From positions 1 through 64,000 of IMG/VR virus record IMGVR_UViG_3300027874_000011: a DNA stretch of 64,000 nt; one strand, written 5' to 3'. Origin of the DNA: a virus. Its lineage: Duplodnaviria > Caudoviricetes. The notes beneath the pieces are model-generated. The model did no database searches. It worked only from the letters and a program-made list of their open reading frames with translations, and had not been told where the DNA came from. Of this stretch, positions 63,637 to 64,000 are shown in pieces (position 1 is the first letter of the stretch; every line of letters starts with the position of its first letter). A program made the position numbers and the translations under genes.

Positions 63637-64000
63637 GCCAGAAGCCGAAGCGACTGCGACCGAGGAGCACATGACCGTCGAGCAGGCCGCGCAAGTCGGA
63701 GCCGAGAGCGCTGCCGCCAAAGACGACCCCGAGCAGGCCGAAGCGATTGCCGACCAGCGCGAGGAAGCCACCGGCTCGCGGGTGGAGATGACCGGCGGGT
63801 CGAACACGCCAAGCCCGGTCGAGGTCGAAGCCGCCGCCGCGCTGCGGGCACAGGAACTCGCGGAGATGGCCCGCGCGCAGCAGGAGCAGCAGAACCAGGC
63901 CGAAGCCGCCAAGGGTGAGAGCGCGGCCAGGAGCGCACCGGCGCAACCCGGTGGTGCACCGTCACCGCCACCCGCACCGGCTCCCGCGCCACCGCCACCG
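63626..64000 (+). CDS. Ala/Glu/Pro-rich protein (3' truncated by window edge)
   Basis: GAGGAG RBS, ATG 63626, frame open to the end of the window. Confidence 0.6.
   Translation, partial: MADEPEAEATATEEHMTVEQAAQVGAESAAAKDDPEQAEAIADQREEATGSRVEMTGGSNTPSPVEVEAAAALRAQELAEMARAQQEQQNQAEAAKGESAARSAPAQPGGAPSPPPAPAPAPPPP

Noticed and set aside
1-64000. Genome-wide stop-codon reassignment
   Set aside because: TGA, TAG and TAA all terminate well-recognised genes at their expected ends with tight coupling. Only one isolated in-frame TGA was found (35026-35028).

Overview
One contiguous stretch of a large, GC-rich tailed dsDNA phage or prophage with a contractile (myovirus) tail. The window starts inside a head-tail connector gene and ends inside an ORF. 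1-25.5 kb (+): a PBSX/skin-like morphogenesis module (connector, HK97-gp10-like, terminator, YkzM-like, sheath, tube, frameshifted chaperone, tape measure, LysM, hub with two peptidoglycan-hydrolase domains, collagen-fused XkdR-like protein, fibre genes, XkdS, baseplate J, XkdU). 25.4-38.2 kb (-): accessory operons, including a DUF1257 / DUF2997 / NrdG-like radical SAM / 836-aa orphan / AAA+ ATPase module. 38.3-40.2 kb (+): HTH and membrane proteins. 40.4-45.8 kb (-): small early-type genes and a recombination-directionality-factor-like gene. 46.2-54.3 kb: primase-helicase, probable origin iterons, two DNA methyltransferases, a MORC-like GHKL ATPase (-) and RusA. 54.3-62.7 kb (-): a secreted SpaA-like protein, DUF6192-like, Mini-A (Topo VI-A-like) and DUF3102-like genes. 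Two non-coding signal families were read directly from the DNA: a 14-bp palindrome GATAAC-SS-GTTATC (6 copies, mostly at gene junctions) and a minus-strand promoter type GTGCGA-N8-TAnnn[T/C/A] (7 copies). No tRNA, rRNA, CRISPR array, integrase, terminase, capsid or stand-alone endolysin was seen. All family assignments come from visual motif recognition, not database searches.
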